A DNA stretch of 55,154 nt, counting the filler, from Bipalium vagum (Eukaryota), in NCBI GenBank assembly GCA_037834085.1. It is 3 parts of 3 records of this genome, joined end to end, with 100 filler letters (N's around TTAATTAATTAA, not from the genome) between each part and the next. Parts side by side here need not be neighbours in the genome. Positions count along the whole stretch, not along the records: positions 37,418 to 55,154 come from JBBMKC010053156.1; 2 more parts are not named here. The stretch is one strand, 5' to 3'. The translations under genes were made by a program, and so were the position numbers. Below, piece after piece: positions 50,500 through 55,154 of this stretch. Under the pieces are notes generated by a model. It worked only from the letters and a program-made list of their open reading frames with translations. It was not told where the DNA came from and searched no databases. Every line of letters starts with the position of its first letter. Positions within the stretch are counted from its first letter, which is position 1.

Positions 50500-53400
50500 C
50501 CGATGACTACGAGATGCACCAAAAAGGAAGAGCTCCGACAGATGGGGAGCTAGTCGGAGCTGTGTACTAGGAAAAAGCAGTAAATCTCCTCTTATCTCGT
50601 ATTATAATATCAGGAGTTTATCTCCTATTATATTTCATGGAAAGGTAGAAGAAAGGCAAGAAGAAGAGAATCGAATGAATGATAAAGTATATAAATTTTT
50701 AAAGAAGGACAATATGAATGGTACGAGTACTTTAAGCGGAATTGAGGAAGAGATGAACTCGGTGAAGATAATGTCGATAGGTGAGTTGAAAAATGCAGAT
50801 ATAGTTTACCATAAGATGCAAGGACGTCCAAGTATCACATTGAAGATACGAGGTATAGAAATTGATTGTCTCCTGGACACAGGAGTGAGAATGAATGTGA
50901 TGAGTGCAGATCTATTTCACAGATTCCAAAATACGAAGATGATTGAAAGCAATGAAAAATTAAGATGCGCAAATGAGAGCAAGTTAGAATTGATAGGAAA
51001 AGCTGAGTTAGAAGTGGAGATCCGTGACAAAACGAGAAACATTACTTTCAGGATAGTGGATCACATCACGCCAAATGTTCCTTATAATCTCTAACAGCCT
51101 TTGGTGATTTGATATATTCAAAATTTCTGTGGTCTTTTGAAATCTTTCAGCATCTGATATCATTCTTCCAAACTTTGCTTTAATATTGCATACGTCATTT
51201 TCCATCTCTTATGGTTGTTTACACTCCCATTGTGAAGCCAATGTCTTTATGGCAGATAAATGGGATATTGGGTGCAATGACCTGTTGAAACATAAGATTG
51301 TGACGAAAGGAAATCCCATTAATGTGAAACCTTGGAGACAACCGGTTCATTTAAAAAATAAAATAGTCGAGGCTATTTTAAACTTGTATAAAAATAAAGT
51401 CATTAAAAGATGCAATTCTCCTTGGAGAAGGATATTCGACTCTTTTTAGACTTCAGAAGATTGAACGCAATCACAGAGAGATAGGATTTCTAAATGCACA
51501 ACATAGAAGAAATGTTAGATAAACTCGCGGGAGCTCGGTATTTTAGCTCTATTGATTTAGGGAATGAGTACTATAAGGTAGAATTGGAAGAAGAATCGAA
51601 GGAGAAAACAGCATTCTCTACAAAATCAGGTCAATATAGTTTTAACAGAATGCCTTTCGGAATAGGAGCGGCACCGGGATTCTTTCAAGAATTAATGACT
51701 AAGGTACTCAACAGAATGGAATGTGCATGTGTATATCTGAATGACATATTGGTGTTCACCGAAAACATAAAGAAGCATTACAAAATTTTAAATCATGTTT
51801 TAAGAAGCATTCGTGAAGCAGGACTACGCATAAGCCCAGAAAAGTGTCACATTATCACACTTACATTAAGGGTTACATTATCAGCAAAGATGGAATCGAA
51901 ACGGATCCAATGAAAATAGAAACGATTAAATCGTAGGAAAGACCAAAGTGTGTAAAAAGTCTTCACAACTTTCTTGGCATCTGTAACTATTACAGAAGGT
52001 TCATCAAAGGATATTCGGAAAAATCAAGATCACTAGAAATAATGTGTGGGAAAACAAACAGGAAATTAATCTGGTAAGATAACTGTGAAAAGGCGTTTGG
52101 GGAGATGAAAGAAGCCCTGACAAGGTCACCGATATTATGTTTTCCAGATGTAACCAAAGAATTCATCCTGGAAACATATGCCAGTTTTGATTCTATAGGA
52201 GCTGTGTTATTGCAGAAAGACGGATACGGAAAGGAAAGAGTAATAGCTTGTGGATCACACGCGATGAGTCCTCATGAGAAGGGATATAGCATCAAGAGGA
52301 AGGAATTAATCGCCATTTACTTCTTCTGTAATCACTTCAATCACTATTTATATGGAAAAAGATTCACACTGAGAACGGACCACAAGGTTATAACGTTCAT
52401 GCTAACAACAAAAAAGCCAATTACAGCACAGTTCCAAACCTGGATAAATTACTTGAGTAGTTTGGTCATAAATTTAGAATATCGGAAAGGCACAGAACAT
52501 TCTAACGCTGACATGTTGTCGAGAAGATCCTGTGTCTTATGTCACACACAGATGCTAAAGTGTGGAAGATGAAAATGAGAATTTTAAATGTGTTGACTGA
52601 AGACAGTGAAGAACATTGGCAAAGAAATAGCCCGGAGATTCGGAAAATCAAAGAAAACATTACTCATGGCAGGGATAAAACTTCATAATATCCGACAATA
52701 TTATATTCACTAAGAACAATAAAATATGAATATTGCAGGAGAAGAAATAAGAGTTTATCAGACATCATCACAAGCTGTTATCACATGCGGGGTCAGAGAA
52801 AGTAAAGAAATATATTTCCCAAAATTTTGACATCGAAAGCTTGAGTAGTACGGTTGCGGAAAATATAAGACAGTACGAAACGTGTCAAAGAGTCAAGACG
52901 GTTACAACACACATGAAGGAAAAACCAGTGAAAATCTCATCGGTAGAGCCATTTGAAAAAGTATACGTGGATATTTGTGGACCTTTAAAAGAAACATTTC
53001 ACAAAAAACGATATATCCTGGCAATTATAGATCATTTTAGTAAGTAAATAGTACTTTTGACCATTGCAAGACAAGACAATAATACAGTCGTCAAGGTGTT
53101 CCGAAATAATTAGATCCTAAAGTTTGGCGCTCCGAAAGAGATACATGCGGATTGCGGGAAATGTTTTGAGTCCCAAGAATTTAAAAAGCTAGCAGTGGAC
53201 ATAGGGGCAGGCTTGATCGTCTCTAGTCCGTACCACCATAATACAAATGGAGTCGTTGAACGACAATTTCGTACCATTAGAGAGTATGTAAACACAACTT
53301 TAAAAGATAGAAAGAAAACCGATTGAGCAGAAATTTTACCAGAAATCGAGTATACTCTAAACGCATCTGTACAGAAGACAACACGTATGAGTCCGGCAGA

Positions 53401-54467
53401 GCTACTGTAAAATCCCGAGTATAAGCTGCAGCGCGTATTAGCTGCACCATTTATGTTGAAAACACATGATTTTAAAATCAGCAACCTATCATTAAAAAAC
53501 AAATTTCACCGTGACAATAACAATTTTGTTTTAATCGTTTATATCGTTTACATTGTTTATTGCACTGTTTTGAATCCTTGATTAAAATGAATAACGATTC
53601 TGAACAAAAACAAAAAAAACAACGAAGATCTTTTAGTTCAGCAAAGAAAAAAGAAATTATTGAATTAGCTCGTCAGTTAGGAAGCATACGGAAGTTGCAA
53701 GACGATATGATATTAATGAAACTGTTATTCGACGATGGATAGCCCAAGAGTCTGTTATCAAAGCAATGAATCCAAATCGAAGATCTTTGCGTGGTGGTAA
53801 CGCTAGATATCCGGAATTGGAAACGAAATTACACGAATGGATCCTAATTCAACGTGAACGAGAACTTCAAGTGTCGGTTGTTCGAATTCGTTTACAAGCA
53901 CAAGTAATTGTCAAAGAGATGAAGATTGAAGGATTTGTCGCGAGCTCTCAATGAACTGATAGTTTCATGACACGCAAGAATATTTGTGTTCTAGAAAATT
54001 TCAGTTTTATTGACAATGAAAAGTGTGATGGTTTTGAGGAGTATGATGTTGAAAATTGAAATAAATAATCTTATCTTGGATTTGAATTGTTTTTTAGTTG
54101 TATAAGCTGCACATCATATTAGCTGCAATTCAAAAATGTTGCCTTTATGTACATATTAGCTGCAGCTTATACTCGGGGTTTTACGGTAATTTTGGGCCGG
54201 AGAATAAATAGAGAAAGATGGTTCAGTAGGAATCAAATACCTAGAGAGGAGGCTATTGAGAAAATCAGACAAGAATCACGGAAGTTTGTAAATCAAGAAA
54301 CCAGAAGGAACTTTACAGAAGTTAGAACCAAAGATTAAGATAGATACGAGGGGCCATACGAAATTAAGAAAAATATCCATGACAGATGTTACGAAATGAC
54401 AGATACGAATGGGAAGAAAGTGGCCAGAAACATTGAAAAGATCAAGAAATTCTTTAAAAACGGTGGA
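50500..54467 (+). mobile_element. Degenerate Gypsy LTR retrotransposon, internal region (gag end, PR, RT, RNase H, IN, PPT)
   Basis: gag end GELVGAVY*; protease CLLDTG; RT FSSIDLG..Y, KTAFST, RMPFG, YLND (from YLDD); RH IGAVL.Q, KEL.AI, FTLRTDH, NADMLSR; IN H..L.H.G/C..C, YVDICGP, IIDHFSK, SPYHHNTNGVVER, GPY. Domain order is PR-RT-RH-IN. PPT-like AAAAACGGTGGA precedes TGT at 54468. Confidence 0.93.
53405..54186 (+). mobile_element. Non-autonomous pogo-type (BrkDBD + CENP-B HTH) transposon inserted in the Gypsy integrase
   Basis: 28-bp TIRs CTGTAAAATCCCGAGTATAAGCTGCAGC / CCGTAAAACCCCGAGTATAAGCTGCAGC (2 mismatches) with TA TSD at 53403 and 54187. Removing the element restores integrase SPAEL|ILGRR. 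Encodes RRSFSSAKKKEIIE... and RYPELETKLHEWI...; the DDE is missing. Confidence 0.93.
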
Positions 54468-55154
54468 TGTGAGGATTGTAATGGAAATAATTAAATTTAT
54501 TAATGATTATTTGTTTAAATAATTAAAACGGGACGGATATTATTGTTTTTGAAATATATCTTAGTATTATGGATTTTCTTGATAATACTGAACAGATTAA
54601 CATAGTGACCACACCAGTAGACCCACTGGCTGGAAGACTGTTACCCAAAATTCTGCAAAGAGGTGACAACATCGAAAAATTTATTGGCCAATGTCGAAGG
54701 TATTTTGATTTATTAGAAAAATCAAGAAAGGCCAGAGAAAGGATGATCTATGCCATCATTGACGAAGACCTCATCGAAGATTATGAAAAACAGCTTCAAA
54801 AGCAGATGGCTTTGAAGCTAGATTGCGACTAGCTTTTGCAGAACCGGTAAACATGATATCAGATTGGGAAAACCTATTACAATATTGAAGAGGAAACGAA
54901 GATATCCAATCATTTGTGAAGATAATAAAGGAGAAAGTGAAGAAGGCGTTGGTGCACCAAATCACAGAAGAAAATGTAATATCAAGAATGTTAGTACACT
55001 GCGTGAATGACGAAGAAATTGTTCGAGAAGTAGAAATGAGAGAACTAAAAAATATAGATGATATTGAAGCTCTGATGAAAAAATGGAAGTAATTAATAAA
55101 AAGAGAAACGAGAAAGTCAATGTTGTCCGAAACTACAGTGATGCTGTCAAGAAG
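54468..55154 (+). mobile_element. Gypsy 3' LTR start and gag-like ORF (ATG 54569), running off the window end
   Basis: TGTGAGG follows the PPT. LAGRLLPKILQRGDNIEKFIGQCRRYFDLLEKSRKARERMIYAIIDEDL aligns with the gag at 31380 (IADRIAPDVLRKG..CQRYFDIKETPIKKREAAIFALLHEDL). Confidence 0.8.

Noticed and set aside
1-55154. CRISPR arrays, rRNA, tRNA, prokaryotic operons
   Set aside because: None seen by eye. The spliced genes show a eukaryotic origin, and the repeats are microsatellites or TE ends.

Overview
AT-rich eukaryotic genomic DNA from an invertebrate. The 42-51 nt GT-AG introns and the TE spectrum suggest a planarian flatworm, but that is inference. Two 100-bp artificial spacers (N44-TTAATTAATTAA-N44) split the window into three segments. 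Host genes that can be built by hand with consistent splice phases are: the 5' end of INO80 (-), a two-exon EGR-family C2H2 factor (-), a single-exon 159-aa orphan gene (-), the last exon of a small single-pass membrane protein (-), a complete 7-exon CRAL-TRIO/alpha-TTP-like gene (-), and a complete 8-exon ZC3H4/ZC3H6-type CCCH gene (+). The rest is mostly decayed TEs: mariner, Tc1, pogo/Tigger, Merlin, hAT-Buster, Harbinger- and MULE-like fragments, and two related Gypsy elements. The most interesting leads are: (1) a decayed chuvirus-type glycoprotein (env-like) ORF followed by an LTR-like segment; (2) a ZC3H4/6 homologue with a ~550-aa N/D-rich region holding ~24 regularly spaced Trp motifs, many of them WG (Ago-hook-like); (3) a Gypsy family whose gag ATG lies ~90-100 bp after the apparent LTR start with no PBS in between; (4) hairpin clusters in LTR-like elements; (5) micro-inversions inside the Gypsy pol. 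All family calls come from recalled motifs, not database searches.
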